Shown piece after piece: positions 33,141 through 43,407 of a stretch of DNA of 64,000 nucleotides; position 1 is the stretch's first letter, and each line of letters begins with the position of its first letter. This DNA is from an uncultured Bacteroidales bacterium (GTDB lineage Bacteria; Bacteroidota; Bacteroidia; Bacteroidales; Muribaculaceae). A program made the position numbers and the translations under genes. The DNA is taken from NCBI GenBank assembly GCA_902774055.1, contig CACYGX010000002.1, positions 38,650 to 102,649 of the forward strand. The letters are read 5' to 3'. Below the pieces are notes generated by a model. It had not been told where the DNA came from, did no database searches, and saw nothing but the letters and a program-made list of their open reading frames with translations.

Positions 33141-35108
33141 TTAGTTGTCTTTCTTGGCGCGCAGGCAAGAAACGGCAAGGAAGAGGATCAGGGCGATGTA
33201 CATCACGATGGCCAGGATGTTGCTGGCGGTGTCGCCCAGAGGATTCTCGTACTTGAAGCCGAAGAAGATCATCGCGGCGCTGACAACACCCATGAGGGCA
33301 CCACCGGCGATGAAACCACTGGCGAGCAGTGTGCCGCGCTCCTTGCGGGCGTTATTGACGGCCTCATCCTTGCTGCGGGTGCCAACGAACCAGCTGATAA
33401 TGGCGCCGACGAGCAGCGGGGCATTCAGCTGCAAGGGGATGAACATACCCAGCGAGAAGGGCAGGGCAGGCACCTTGAGCCAGTTGAGCAGCAGGGCGAG
33501 GATAGCGCCCACGCCATAGAGTAACCAGGGGGTCTCACCACCCATCATCAACGGGTCGATAACGGCTGCCATGGCGTTGGCCTGAGGAGCCACCATAGCG
33601 TTGGGGCCGGTGAAACCGTAGGCCTTGTTCAGAATCATCATCACACCACCAACAGTGGCTGCCGACACGAGGGTGCCGACAAACTTCCACGTCTGCTGCT
33701 TGGCGGGTGTAGTGCCGATCCAGTAACCGATTTTCATATCGGTTACCATGCCGCCAGCCATCGAGAGGGCGGTGCAAACCACGCCACCGATAACCATGGC
33801 GGCAACAATGCCCTTGGAACCATCGAGGCCGATGGCGACAAAGATCACGCTGGCCACGATAAGGGTCATCAGGGTCATGCCGCTCACGGGGTTACTACCC
33901 ACGATGGCTATCGCATTGGCTGCTACTGTAGTGAACAGGAAGGCGATAACCAGCACGACGATAAAGGCGACCACGGTCTGGAACAGGTTGTGGATAACGC
34001 CGATATAGAAGAATACAAAGGTCACTAACAGTGCTGCCAACAGGGCGAACACGAGCACCTTCATCGAGATGTCACGCTGATGACGCTCCACCTGCTGGCT
34101 CTGGTCCTGACCCTTGAAGGCTTGACCTGCCAGACCGGCAGCGTTCTTGATGACGCCCCATGACTTGATGATGCCGATGATACCACTCATGGCGATACCA
34201 CCGATACCAATGTAGCGTGCACCGTTTGCAAAGATATAGTCGGCAGGTTGACTAGCCAGTGCGGGATCCATCGAGCCCATGAGGGGGACGATGATCCACC
34301 AGATAAAGGCACTACCGGCGAAGATGATGAAAGCATAAGGCAGACCGATGATATATCCAAGACCCAACACAGCAGCACCCGTGTTGATCTTGAAAATCAT
34401 CTTCACGTTGTCGGTAAAGCTCTGGAGCGCAGGGATAGCGGCAGTAGTGAGCACCTCTTTCCACCAGCCGAAGGTCGAGAGCAGGAAGTCGTACAGACCA
34501 CCCACCAGACCAGCGATGAGCAAGGGACGGGCCTGATCGCCACCCTTCTGTCCGCTGACGAGCACCTGGGTCGTCGCTGTGGCCTCGGGGAACGGGAACT
34601 TGCCGTGCATGTCACTCACGAAGTACTTGCGGAAGGGGATAAAGAACAGGATGCCCAAGCAGCCACCCAGCAGCGAACTGAGGAAGACCTCAAGGAAGTT
34701 CACCGTGATGTCGGGGTACTTCTCTTGCAGGATGTACAAGGCGGGCAAGGTGAAGATGGCACCTGCCACGATGATGCCCGAAGCGGCACCAATCGACTGG
34801 ATAATGACATTCTCGCCGAGCGAGTTCTTGCGCTTGGTGACTGCACCAATGCCAGCTGCGATAATGGCGATGGGGATGGCCGCCTCAAACACCTGGCCCA
34901 CTTTGAGGCCCAGATAGGCTGCTGCGGCGCTGAAGATAACCGCCATAATCAGACCGAGCGAGACAGAGTAGGGCGTAATCTCGGGATAAGACTTCTCGGG
35001 CTTCAAGATGGGGACATATTTCTCCCCAGGCTTGAGCTCACGAGCAGCGTTATCGGGCAGCGCGATCTCGTCTTGCTGTTGTTGAACAATGATTTCTTCG
35101 TCTTTCAT
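33141..35108 (-). CDS. OPT-family oligopeptide transporter
   Basis: EIT.YS..LG, YLGLKVG..FEAAIP, FPEATAT, SNPVSGMTL motifs; many TMs. Confidence 0.9.
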   Translation of the reverse strand: MKDEEIIVQQQQDEIALPDNAARELKPGEKYVPILKPEKSYPEITPYSVSLGLIMAVIFSAAAAYLGLKVGQVFEAAIPIAIIAAGIGAVTKRKNSLGENVIIQSIGAASGIIVAGAIFTLPALYILQEKYPDITVNFLEVFLSSLLGGCLGILFFIPFRKYFVSDMHGKFPFPEATATTQVLVSGQKGGDQARPLLIAGLVGGLYDFLLSTFGWWKEVLTTAAIPALQSFTDNVKMIFKINTGAAVLGLGYIIGLPYAFIIFAGSAFIWWIIVPLMGSMDPALASQPADYIFANGARYIGIGGIAMSGIIGIIKSWGVIKNAAGLAGQAFKGQDQSQQVERHQRDISMKVLVFALLAALLVTFVFFYIGVIHNLFQTVVAFIVVLVIAFLFTTVAANAIAIVGSNPVSGMTLMTLIVASVIFVAIGLDGSKGIVAAMVIGGVVCTALSMAGGMVTDMKIGYWIGTTPAKQQTWKFVGTLVSAATVGGVMMILNKAYGFTGPNAMVAPQANAMAAVIDPLMMGGETPWLLYGVGAILALLLNWLKVPALPFSLGMFIPLQLNAPLLVGAIISWFVGTRSKDEAVNNARKERGTLLASGFIAGGALMGVVSAAMIFFGFKYENPLGDTASNILAIVMYIALILFLAVSCLRAKKDN

Positions 35109-35239
35109 AAAAAATTAGTGTTTTTATAATTTTGGATGTTTTCTTCGGTTAACAAACTGCGAAGATAGGCAAAAAACGACAAAGCACCACTAATCATCTC
35201 GGGAAAAGTGCGTTTTTTTGTAAGATTGAAGTTTTTAGT

Positions 35240-35247
35240 TATCTTTG
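35240..35247 (+). promoter_or_regulatory. -7 element TATCTTTG
   Basis: Consensus match ~30 nt upstream of ATG 35277. Confidence 0.65.
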
Positions 35248-35276
35248 CACTACTAAACATTTAACACATCACTATT

Positions 35277-36092
35277 ATGGTTAAGAGAATAATGATGCTG
35301 GCTCTCGTGGCCATCATGACGATGGGTGTAGCCCGTGCCCAGAACCCTTATTGCAACGAGCAGGTGTCCCTGGAAGACTTGGCTGCCTACATCGACACCA
35401 TGCGTCCTGTTGACCCTGCCGTCAGGTTGTTCTATATTAACTTGGTGAACAATCCCACCCACAGCTACCGCATTGAGCACCTGGATGTGGGCTTTAACGG
35501 CTGTACTGGCCGCGTGGACGAGAAAGTCGTCATGGCCGATGGCACGAGACGTGACAACGTGTTCATCTTCAATAATCAGGGATTATTGACCCAGTCCACT
35601 ATCCAGGGTAGCAAGGGCATCAAAACGGTCACCGACTACACCTATACTTATGACGAGGTGCTGGGTTTCGCCATCAAGCAGAGCAAGAGCAAGAAACGCA
35701 CCATCAAGTATGCCTCGATCTATGGCGAGCATGGTCGTCGTGAAGCCATCAAGGGCAGTAATGACAGTCGCCAGGACTTCACATTCACCGACAATGGACA
35801 TCTTGCCAAGCGCGTCATCACCCAGCCTGGCAGCAACAAGCGCACGCTCATCTATCAAGATGGCTACATCATCCGCGAGGAGGTGGGTGGCAGGGTATTC
35901 CGTTACCACTACGACTTTGACACGGCGACAGGAAAGAAATTCCTCATCGCTATCAAGGAACTCAAGGACAATGAGGTGATCCACGAGCGCACCTACGACT
36001 ACGACATCGACACCCACGGCCGCTACACCCGCGTGAGCATCGCCATGGATGGCAAGCACCAGATGACCATCACCAGGAGCTACAGCGATTAA
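35277..36092 (+). CDS. Secreted protein with YD/RHS-like beta-hairpin repeats
   Basis: Signal peptide; repeated Y.Y.YD...G...units. Confidence 0.6.
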   Translation: MVKRIMMLALVAIMTMGVARAQNPYCNEQVSLEDLAAYIDTMRPVDPAVRLFYINLVNNPTHSYRIEHLDVGFNGCTGRVDEKVVMADGTRRDNVFIFNNQGLLTQSTIQGSKGIKTVTDYTYTYDEVLGFAIKQSKSKKRTIKYASIYGEHGRREAIKGSNDSRQDFTFTDNGHLAKRVITQPGSNKRTLIYQDGYIIREEVGGRVFRYHYDFDTATGKKFLIAIKELKDNEVIHERTYDYDIDTHGRYTRVSIAMDGKHQMTITRSYSD

Positions 36093-36173
36093 GCCATAGG
36101 GTTTTAGGGGATTGAAGCAATAAAAGGCGCTGCTTTAACGTTTATATTGTTAAAGCAATTGTACCGCAGTTTC

Positions 36174-38171
36174 ATGAAACGGATATTATATATTATGGTG
36201 GGCCTGATGCTGGCATCGGTGGCATTGTCATTGACGTCATGCAAGGGTCCCAAGCTCAAGGATGCTGATGAGGCCTACGACCGCGGCGAGTATTTCGATG
36301 CCGCGACCATCTACCGTAAGCTCTATAACCGCTATAACCGCAAGGAGGATGCCTGGTTGCGTGGCGAACTGGCGTTCCAGTTGGGCATGTGCCACTTGAA
36401 GCTCAACCAGGGCAACCGTGCCACCGCAGCGTTCCAGAATGCGATCCGCTATGAATATGAGGACTCGACCACCTTGCTGAGGTTGGCTCAGGCTCAACAG
36501 CGCGAGGGCCAATATGCCGCCGCCATCAAGAACTATGACGACTATCTCGCCATGTTCCCCGACGATTGGGAGGCACAAGTGGGCAAGCGCGGCTGTGAAC
36601 TGGCTCCCCAGTGGAAGGAGGACGGCTCACGCTACATCGTCAAGCAGAACAAACTGCTCAACTCGCGTCGTGCCGACTATTGTCCGATGTACCTCGACAA
36701 TAAGTTGGAGTACATCTATTTCACCTCGACCAACGAGAAATCCACTGGCGAACTCCATAGCGAAATCACTGGCACCAAAAAGGGCGACATCTATTTCACC
36801 AAGAAGGACGAGAAGGGCAACTGGACTCGTCCCGAAGTGGTTGATGGCGGCCTGAACACCGAGCATGACGAGGGCGCTGCCGCATTTTCGCCCGATGGCT
36901 CGACGATGTATGTGGCCCGTGCCGTGAGACAAGACTGGCCGACGTCCGTTGAGATTTATACCAGCAGCCGCAGCGAGGCCAAGTGGAGCGCACCCCAAAA
37001 GTTTGAAATCACCGCCGACACCCTCAGCAACTATTCTGACCCCGCTGTCAGCCCCGACGGGCAATGGCTTTACTTCGTTAGCGACATGCCAGGCGGACAA
37101 GGCGGTACCGACATCTGGCGCATCAACCTCAAGGACAAGCACGGTACCCTCGAGAACTTGGGTCCCCAAATCAATACCAAGGGCAACGAGCGCTTCCCCA
37201 ACATGCGCACCGACAGCCTCTTGTACTTCTCTAGCGACGGTCATCCCGGCATGGGCGGTCTGGACTTGTTTGTGGCCCATTTGCAGCCCCGCGAAGAAGG
37301 AGATCACAACGTGATGGACCGCTGGGCCATCGAGAACATGGGTGTGCCGATGAACTCGGCTGCCGACGATTTTGGCATCACCTTTGGCCAGGGCGAGAGC
37401 GGAATGTTCTCGAGCAATCGTGGCGACGCCCGAGGCTATGACCATATCTTTGACTTCGTCAAGCCCGACCTGCAGATTTGGATTTCGGGTTATGTGGTCG
37501 ATAAGGACGACGAGCCGGTACCCAATGCCGTTATCCGCATTGTGGGTGACGACGGCAGCAACCAGAAGACCGTTGCCAAGCCCGACGGCTCCTTTAGGTT
37601 TGACCTGCAGCGCGGTGTCAAGTATGCCATGATGGCTGGCGCCGAGGGTTACCTGAACGCCCGTCAGGAGTTTGAGAGCGACAATGCCGAGGAAGATGCA
37701 GAATATAATGTGGACTTCATTCTCGCGGCTACGTTCAAGGCGCAGATCATCGAAAACATCTTCTATGATTTCGATAAGGCGGTTTTGCGCGACGAGTCCA
37801 AGTTGGCCCTCGACAGTATGGTCATGCTGTTGAAGGACCATCCTAATATCGTCATCGAGATGGCCTCCCACACCGATCGCGTGGGCAGTGCCAAGTACAA
37901 CCAGGGCCTGTCGCAGCGCCGTGCCCAGAGTGTAGTGGATTACCTCATCGCTAACGGCATCCCGCGTGAGCGCCTCAAGCCCGCTGGATATGGTGAGTCG
38001 CAACCCAAGACGGTGACCAAACGCATCAATAGCAAGTATCCGCAGTTTGCCGAGGGTGTGACGCTCACCGAGGAATTTATCAAGACCCTGAGCAAGGAGG
38101 ATCAGGAAGCCGCCGACCAAATCAATCGGCGCACCGAGTTTACCGTCCTCGACACCAGTTATCAGTATTAA
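36174..38171 (+). CDS. porE: PorE-like lipoprotein (TPR + PD40 + carboxypeptidase-reg + OmpA_C)
   Basis: Lipobox LTSC, TPR repeats, PD40 repeats (AFSPDG.TMY, PAVSPDGQWLYFVSD), OmpA domain IFYDFDKA..SHTD..LSQRRAQSV..NRRTEF. Confidence 0.8.
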   Translation: MKRILYIMVGLMLASVALSLTSCKGPKLKDADEAYDRGEYFDAATIYRKLYNRYNRKEDAWLRGELAFQLGMCHLKLNQGNRATAAFQNAIRYEYEDSTTLLRLAQAQQREGQYAAAIKNYDDYLAMFPDDWEAQVGKRGCELAPQWKEDGSRYIVKQNKLLNSRRADYCPMYLDNKLEYIYFTSTNEKSTGELHSEITGTKKGDIYFTKKDEKGNWTRPEVVDGGLNTEHDEGAAAFSPDGSTMYVARAVRQDWPTSVEIYTSSRSEAKWSAPQKFEITADTLSNYSDPAVSPDGQWLYFVSDMPGGQGGTDIWRINLKDKHGTLENLGPQINTKGNERFPNMRTDSLLYFSSDGHPGMGGLDLFVAHLQPREEGDHNVMDRWAIENMGVPMNSAADDFGITFGQGESGMFSSNRGDARGYDHIFDFVKPDLQIWISGYVVDKDDEPVPNAVIRIVGDDGSNQKTVAKPDGSFRFDLQRGVKYAMMAGAEGYLNARQEFESDNAEEDAEYNVDFILAATFKAQIIENIFYDFDKAVLRDESKLALDSMVMLLKDHPNIVIEMASHTDRVGSAKYNQGLSQRRAQSVVDYLIANGIPRERLKPAGYGESQPKTVTKRINSKYPQFAEGVTLTEEFIKTLSKEDQEAADQINRRTEFTVLDTSYQY

Positions 38172-38208
38172 AACAAATAAACCGCCCACTAGAGGCGGTT
38201 TATTTGTT
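38172..38208. terminator. Bidirectional terminator
   Basis: Perfect 15-bp stem aacaaataaaccgcc/ggcggtttatttgtt between convergent genes. Confidence 0.85.
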
Positions 38209-38215
38209 AATAGAA

Positions 38216-38265
38216 CTAGACTATCTAGATCTTCTAGATCTTCTAGATAATCTAGAGTATCTAGA
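38216..38265. repeat. Six CTAGA units at exact 9-bp period
   Basis: CTAGA at 38216, 38225, 38234, 38243, 38252 and 38261. Confidence 0.85.
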
Positions 38266-38266
38266 G

Positions 38267-39583
38267 TTACCGGCCAATGCAATAATAGGTAAAGCCCATC
38301 TCCTCGAGCTCGTCACCGTCATAGACGTTACGGCCGTCGATGATGAGCGGGGTCTTCATCAGATTTTTCACCGTCTGCCAGGCGGGAATGCGGAACTGAC
38401 GCCATTCGGTCAGCAGCAGCACGGCATCGGCCCCCTTGACGGCATCATACATGTCCACACCGCAATACACGTTGCCCCAGCGGCGCTTGGTGGCATTCAT
38501 GGCAACGGGGTCATACACGCGCACGTGGCAGCCGGCGTCCATCAGCAGGTTGATGGTGTCGATGGCCGGGGCGGCAGTCATGTCGTCGGTCTCGGGCTTG
38601 AAGGCAAGTCCCCACAGGGCAACCGTCTTGCCCTCGAGGTCACCCTTGAAGTGGTTGTTGAGTTTCTTGAACATGATGCGTTTTTGCCGTGTGTTCACGT
38701 TCTCGACAGCCTTGAGCACCTCCATGTCAAAGTTGTGCTCATTGCCGATCTTGATGAGGTCCTTGATGTCCTGGGGGAATAAGGTGCCTCCGTAGCCGCA
38801 GCCCGGGAAGATGTACTTGGGGCCAATGCGGCTGTCGGTGCCCACACCATGGCGCACCACGTTGATGTCGGCTCCTACAATCTCGCACAGGTTGGCAATC
38901 TCGTTCATGAAGCTCACGCGGGTGGCGAGCATCGAGGTCGCGGCATACTTGATCATCTCGGCCGTGCGGGTGTCAGTGTAGATGACTGTGCGGTTGTTGT
39001 GCATCAAGATGGTGCGGTACAGGCGTTCCATCGCCTGGCGGGCACTGGCGGTCTCGGTTCCGATGACGATGCGGTCAGGCTTCATGAAGTCCTTGATGCC
39101 ATTGCCCTCGGTAAGGAAGTCGGGATTGCTCGCCACGTCAAACTTGATGTCGCTGGCACCTCGCTCTTCAAGGGTCTCTCGGATAATCTTTGTCACATGC
39201 TGGGCGGTACCCACAGGCACCGTTGACTTGATGACAAACACGCTGTAGCGGGTGATGTTCTTGCCAAACTCCTTAGCAATCTCAAGTACGGGTGCCAGGT
39301 CGGTCGAACCGTCCTCGTCGGCTGTGGTGTCGATGGCGCAGAAGACGTAATCTTGATCGATAAAGCCCTTCTTGTAGTCGCTGGAGAATGTCAAGCGCTT
39401 GTCATTGACATTGCGGGCAATCATGTTGTCCAGTCCTGGCTCATAGATAGGTATCGCGCCATAAACGAGACGGTTGATCTTTTGGCTGTCACTGTCCACA
39501 CAGGTGACATTGACGCCCAGGTCGGCAAAGCATGTGCCGCTCACCAGACCCACATATCCTGTTCCAACAATCGAAACATTCAT
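38267..39583 (-). CDS. ugd: UDP-glucose/GDP-mannose dehydrogenase family protein
   Basis: VGTGYVGL, PIYEPGL, KSTVPVGT, SNPDFL.EG, GCGYGG, GLAFKPETDD, DGRN; catalytic-region GGTLFP differs from the usual GGSCFP. Confidence 0.85.
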   Translation of the reverse strand: MNVSIVGTGYVGLVSGTCFADLGVNVTCVDSDSQKINRLVYGAIPIYEPGLDNMIARNVNDKRLTFSSDYKKGFIDQDYVFCAIDTTADEDGSTDLAPVLEIAKEFGKNITRYSVFVIKSTVPVGTAQHVTKIIRETLEERGASDIKFDVASNPDFLTEGNGIKDFMKPDRIVIGTETASARQAMERLYRTILMHNNRTVIYTDTRTAEMIKYAATSMLATRVSFMNEIANLCEIVGADINVVRHGVGTDSRIGPKYIFPGCGYGGTLFPQDIKDLIKIGNEHNFDMEVLKAVENVNTRQKRIMFKKLNNHFKGDLEGKTVALWGLAFKPETDDMTAAPAIDTINLLMDAGCHVRVYDPVAMNATKRRWGNVYCGVDMYDAVKGADAVLLLTEWRQFRIPAWQTVKNLMKTPLIIDGRNVYDGDELEEMGFTYYCIGR

Positions 39584-39763
39584 CGTATTCAATATTTATC
39601 GGTTCAAAGGTTTACAAGTGTAATCAATTTGCAAATATACAAAGTTTTTATCAAAAATACTTGTGTTTTTCATTAAAAATTGCTAAGTTTGCGCATTCCA
39701 AAACATTAATTTATTTTTTGACCTAAAAATCACTTGTTTAACCAAAATAATTAATTTTGAACT

Positions 39764-40453
39764 ATGAAAAAGTATTTAGCTGAAATGGTCGGTACAATGG
39801 TCCTGGTATTGATGGGCTGTGGTGTAGCCGTGAGTCTGGGGTGCAACCCGATTACTAACATTCCCGCTGTTGTTGGTACAGCACTGGCCTTCGGTCTTGC
39901 TGTAGTCGCTATGGCTTACACCATTGGCGGCATCAGCGGTTGCCACATCAATCCCGCCATCACGCTGGGCGTCTTCTTGAGCGGTCGCATGAGTGCCAAG
40001 GACTGTGGCATGTACATCGTTTTTCAGGTTATCGGAGCCTTTATCGGTTCGGCATTGCTCTACTTGCTCACTACCAACGTGACTGGCATGGAAGGTACTG
40101 GAGCTAACGACCTACAAGAGGGTGTTTCGGTAATGGGCGGCTTGCTGGCCGAGATTATCTTCACCTGTGTGTTTGTGCTGGTTGTGCTCGGCGCTACCGC
40201 CAAGACCAATGGCGCTACCAACAACTTTGCCGGCTTGGCTATCGGTCTGTCGCTGGTTCTTGTTCATCTGGTGTGCATCCGTTACACGGGCACCTCGGTG
40301 AATCCGGCACGTTCGATTGCTCCCGCAGTATTCCAGGGTGGTACAGCATTGTCTAACCTGTGGATCTTTATTGTTGGCCCCTTTGTGGGTGGTGCTTTGG
40401 CCGCCTGCATCTGGAAGATTATCGACTGCAACTGCGACAAGAAGGAAGATTAA
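39764..40453 (+). CDS. aqpZ: MIP-family aquaporin
   Basis: SGCHINPA and GTSVNPARS NPA motifs. Confidence 0.9.
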   Translation: MKKYLAEMVGTMVLVLMGCGVAVSLGCNPITNIPAVVGTALAFGLAVVAMAYTIGGISGCHINPAITLGVFLSGRMSAKDCGMYIVFQVIGAFIGSALLYLLTTNVTGMEGTGANDLQEGVSVMGGLLAEIIFTCVFVLVVLGATAKTNGATNNFAGLAIGLSLVLVHLVCIRYTGTSVNPARSIAPAVFQGGTALSNLWIFIVGPFVGGALAACIWKIIDCNCDKKED

Positions 40454-40497
40454 TTAAGATTATATACATTAACTATTAATTGATATTGTTTCCAACT

Positions 40498-40905
40498 ATG
40501 AATTACAAGATTATTGACATTGAAGGAATTGGCGAAAACTTCGCCTCAAAATTGATGGCTGAGAACATCGATACCGTTGAACAATTGCTGGACCGTTGCG
40601 CTGCTCCCGCAGGCCGCAAGGAACTGGCCGAGAAGACCGGTATCAGCGAGAAACTGATTCTAAAGTGGACGAACCACGCCGACCTCTTCCGCGTGGATGG
40701 CATTGGCCCGCAATTCTCTGAATTGCTCGAGGCTGCTGGCGTAGATACCGTCAAGGAATTGCGCCACCGCGTGGCTGCCAATCTGGCCGCAAAACTTATC
40801 GAGGTGAACGAGGAGAAACACCTGTGCCGTCGCGTGCCCGTTGAGAGCGAGCTCCAGCGCATGATCGACCAGGCTAAGGAACTTGAACCCCGCATGACCT
40901 ACTAA
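40498..40905 (+). CDS. DUF4332-like HhH protein
   Basis: IEGIG..FA.KL, W.NHADLFRV.GIG.QFSELLEAAGVDTV.EL. Confidence 0.8.
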   Translation: MNYKIIDIEGIGENFASKLMAENIDTVEQLLDRCAAPAGRKELAEKTGISEKLILKWTNHADLFRVDGIGPQFSELLEAAGVDTVKELRHRVAANLAAKLIEVNEEKHLCRRVPVESELQRMIDQAKELEPRMTY

Positions 40906-40930
40906 GTCGGCAGTTCATCCATTTAACACA

Positions 40931-40968
40931 ACAAGTCGCCTAGGGTACATGCTCCTGGCGACTTGTTT
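40931..40968. terminator. Terminator between convergent genes
   Basis: acaagtcgcc...ggcgacttgt followed by a T-run. Confidence 0.7.
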
Positions 40969-40989
40969 TATACGGTATCAGGTTCCACT

Positions 40990-42021
40990 TCAAGGGATAG
41001 TGACCTCGCCACAGAGGTCGCTTGTCATGTATTTCTTGACCATGCTGGGGCTGTATTTCATGCCGAAGAGGAACATCAACTTGGTGATGGCCGCTTCGCT
41101 GGTCATGTCGTAGCCGCTGATGACGCCAGCCGCAGACAGCGAGTTGCCTGTCTCATAGAGGGTGCAGTTCACACCGCCATTGACACACTGTGTGACATTG
41201 ATGATGACCACGCCGCGGTCAACGGCCTCGCGGATGCGCTCGATGAACCAGGGCTCGCTGGGACTGTTGCCCGCACCATAGGTCTTGAGGACAATACCCT
41301 TGATGTCAGGCGTGTGGAGCAAGTAATTGAGCGTTTTCTCGGTCATGCCAGGATTGAGTTCCAGGAACATGACGTTAGTGTCCATGTCGGTGCACACCCT
41401 GAGCGGGCGTGGGGGCATCCTCCTCAAGCTCGCCTCGTTATACTCGATGTCGAGACCGATTTCGGCTAGTTCGGGATAGTTGAAACTCTTGAAGGCGTTG
41501 AAGTTATCGGCGCTCATCTTGGTGGCTCGGTTGCCGCGCCACAGGTAGTTCTCGAACAGGATGGCGACTTCCTGTACGCGGGGGCGGCCCTTCTCGTCGA
41601 TAGCGGCGGCGACCTGGAGGGCCGTGATCAGGTTCTCCTCGCCGTCGGTGCGTACCTCGCCGATGGGCAATTGTGAGCCCGTAATGATAACGGGTTTGCT
41701 CAGGTTCTCGAGCATAAAACTCAGGGCCGAAGCCGTGAATGCCATCGTGTCGGTGCCATGTAGCACGACAAAGCCGTCATAGAGGTCATAGCGCTCCTCG
41801 ATGGCCAGGGCGATGTCACGCCAATGCGTCGGGTCCATGTTGGAACTGTCGATGGGCGGGTCAAACTGGATGTTGTCGATATCATAGTCCAGTTTCTTGA
41901 CCTTGGGCACATTGTCCATCAGGTGTGAGAAGTCAAATGGTTGCAGGGCATGGGTCTCAGGGTTCTCTATCATGCCGATAGTGCCACCGGTATAGATGAT
42001 GAGTATTTTGGGCTGTTTCAT
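40990..42021 (-). CDS. ansA: Type I L-asparaginase
   Basis: IIYTGGTIGM, HGTDTMAFTASALSF, ITGSQLP, YGAGN, DMTSEAAITKL. Confidence 0.95.
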   Translation of the reverse strand: MKQPKILIIYTGGTIGMIENPETHALQPFDFSHLMDNVPKVKKLDYDIDNIQFDPPIDSSNMDPTHWRDIALAIEERYDLYDGFVVLHGTDTMAFTASALSFMLENLSKPVIITGSQLPIGEVRTDGEENLITALQVAAAIDEKGRPRVQEVAILFENYLWRGNRATKMSADNFNAFKSFNYPELAEIGLDIEYNEASLRRMPPRPLRVCTDMDTNVMFLELNPGMTEKTLNYLLHTPDIKGIVLKTYGAGNSPSEPWFIERIREAVDRGVVIINVTQCVNGGVNCTLYETGNSLSAAGVISGYDMTSEAAITKLMFLFGMKYSPSMVKKYMTSDLCGEVTIP

Positions 42022-42034
42022 TATTATGAGTAGT

Positions 42035-42943
42035 TTAAGGCATTTCTTTCTGTAAAAGTTCAGCGCCGCGGACAAAGGCCTTGTGGAAAAACAACATGTG
42101 GTAGTCCAGCGAGTTAACCCAGTAGTTCCAACTGTGGCGGCCAGGGCGCACCGTGAAGTCGTGGTCAATGCCCTTCGTGACGAGTTGCTCGTGCAGGGCG
42201 ATGTTGTTCTTCACGAAGATGTCGTTCAAGCCATCGTCGATGATGATGTTCTGTGCAGGTTTCAACGGGCAGTCCTTCAATTGGTCAACGAGGTTGCACA
42301 CCGAATGCTCGCGCCAGCGTTTGGCGTTTTTCTCATATTCTCCCAAGCGGTCCTTGATGTGCCACCTGTCGGGAAATTGGGTGATGTCCATATTGCCGCT
42401 CATGCTGCCGCAGGACCAGAACACGTCAGGATGCCTCCATGCCAGGAACAGCGCTCCGTGGCCGCCCATGCTCAGGCCGGTAATCGCGCGCATGTAGCGG
42501 TTGGCATAGGTGTGGTAGTGGCTGTCGATGTGAGTTACCAACTCCTTGCTGACATAGGTCTCGAACTGCATCTTGGGGTCAACAGGCGAGTCAAAGTACC
42601 AACTGTCCTGTCCGTCGGGGCACACGATAATCACGCTGTAAGCGTCGGCCAGTCGGTGGAGGTCGGCCTTGCGGGACCAGTCATTGTAGCAGCCTTCAGC
42701 GCCATGCAGCAGGTAAAGCACTGGGTATTGCATGTTGGTAGAATCATAGTAGCCCAGGGGCAGGATGACCACATTCTTGATGTTCCGCCCCATGGCCTGG
42801 CTCATCACCTCGATGGTGTCGGCCAGTGGCCGCGGTGGCTCCTGTAGCTCAGCGGGTTGCGACGTGGGATGGGCACAGGCGCTCATGGCCATGAAAAACA
42901 TAGCGGCGAGCAGCATTATCGGTTTGAGGAACCTCGTTTTCAT
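42035..42943 (-). CDS. Secreted esterase (alpha/beta hydrolase, S-formylglutathione hydrolase/tributyrin esterase-like)
   Basis: Signal/lipobox, YPVLYLLHG, GLSMGG, RPGRHSWNYW. Confidence 0.85.
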   Translation of the reverse strand: MKTRFLKPIMLLAAMFFMAMSACAHPTSQPAELQEPPRPLADTIEVMSQAMGRNIKNVVILPLGYYDSTNMQYPVLYLLHGAEGCYNDWSRKADLHRLADAYSVIIVCPDGQDSWYFDSPVDPKMQFETYVSKELVTHIDSHYHTYANRYMRAITGLSMGGHGALFLAWRHPDVFWSCGSMSGNMDITQFPDRWHIKDRLGEYEKNAKRWREHSVCNLVDQLKDCPLKPAQNIIIDDGLNDIFVKNNIALHEQLVTKGIDHDFTVRPGRHSWNYWVNSLDYHMLFFHKAFVRGAELLQKEMP

Positions 42944-43407
42944 TTGTCTTTGGTTTTAAGAGGTCTTTTTTTCTTGAAAAAGTCGGTCATCAGTTTGGAG
43001 CACTCGTCGGCGAGTACACCGCTGGTGACAACCGTTTTGGGATGGAATGGAGTGGCGCATTGCGTGTGATAGCCGCGTTTATCGTCGCTCGCCCCATAGA
43101 CGATGCGCGAAATCTGACTCCAAGCCAATGCTCCAGCACACATCAGGCACGGCTCTACCGTGACATATAGCGTGCAGTCGGTCAAGTATTTACCACCGAG
43201 TGTTGATGCGGCGGCAGTGATAGCCTGCATCTCGGCATGGGCTGTGACGTCGGTCAATGCCTCGGTCAAGTTGTGCCCGCGACCGATAACCCGCCCCTTG
43301 CTGACAATCACCGCGCCGATGGGCACTTCATCGCGTTCCAGCGCCTGGTGGGCCTCGTCAAGCGCCATGCGCATGTACTTGACATCGATATCTTCCTTGT
43401 TCAGCAT
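42940..43407 (-). CDS. tadA: tRNA adenosine deaminase TadA
   Basis: DEVPIGAVIV, TAHAEM, LYVTVEPCLMCAGA. Confidence 0.85.
   Translation of the reverse strand: MLNKEDIDVKYMRMALDEAHQALERDEVPIGAVIVSKGRVIGRGHNLTEALTDVTAHAEMQAITAAASTLGGKYLTDCTLYVTVEPCLMCAGALAWSQISRIVYGASDDKRGYHTQCATPFHPKTVVTSGVLADECSKLMTDFFKKKRPLKTKDK

Noticed and set aside
36627-38282. 551-aa minus-strand ORF with an LDYLEDL-type start
   Set aside because: Antisense shadow of the PorE-like gene; the periodic N-terminus is just the translated CTAGA repeat.
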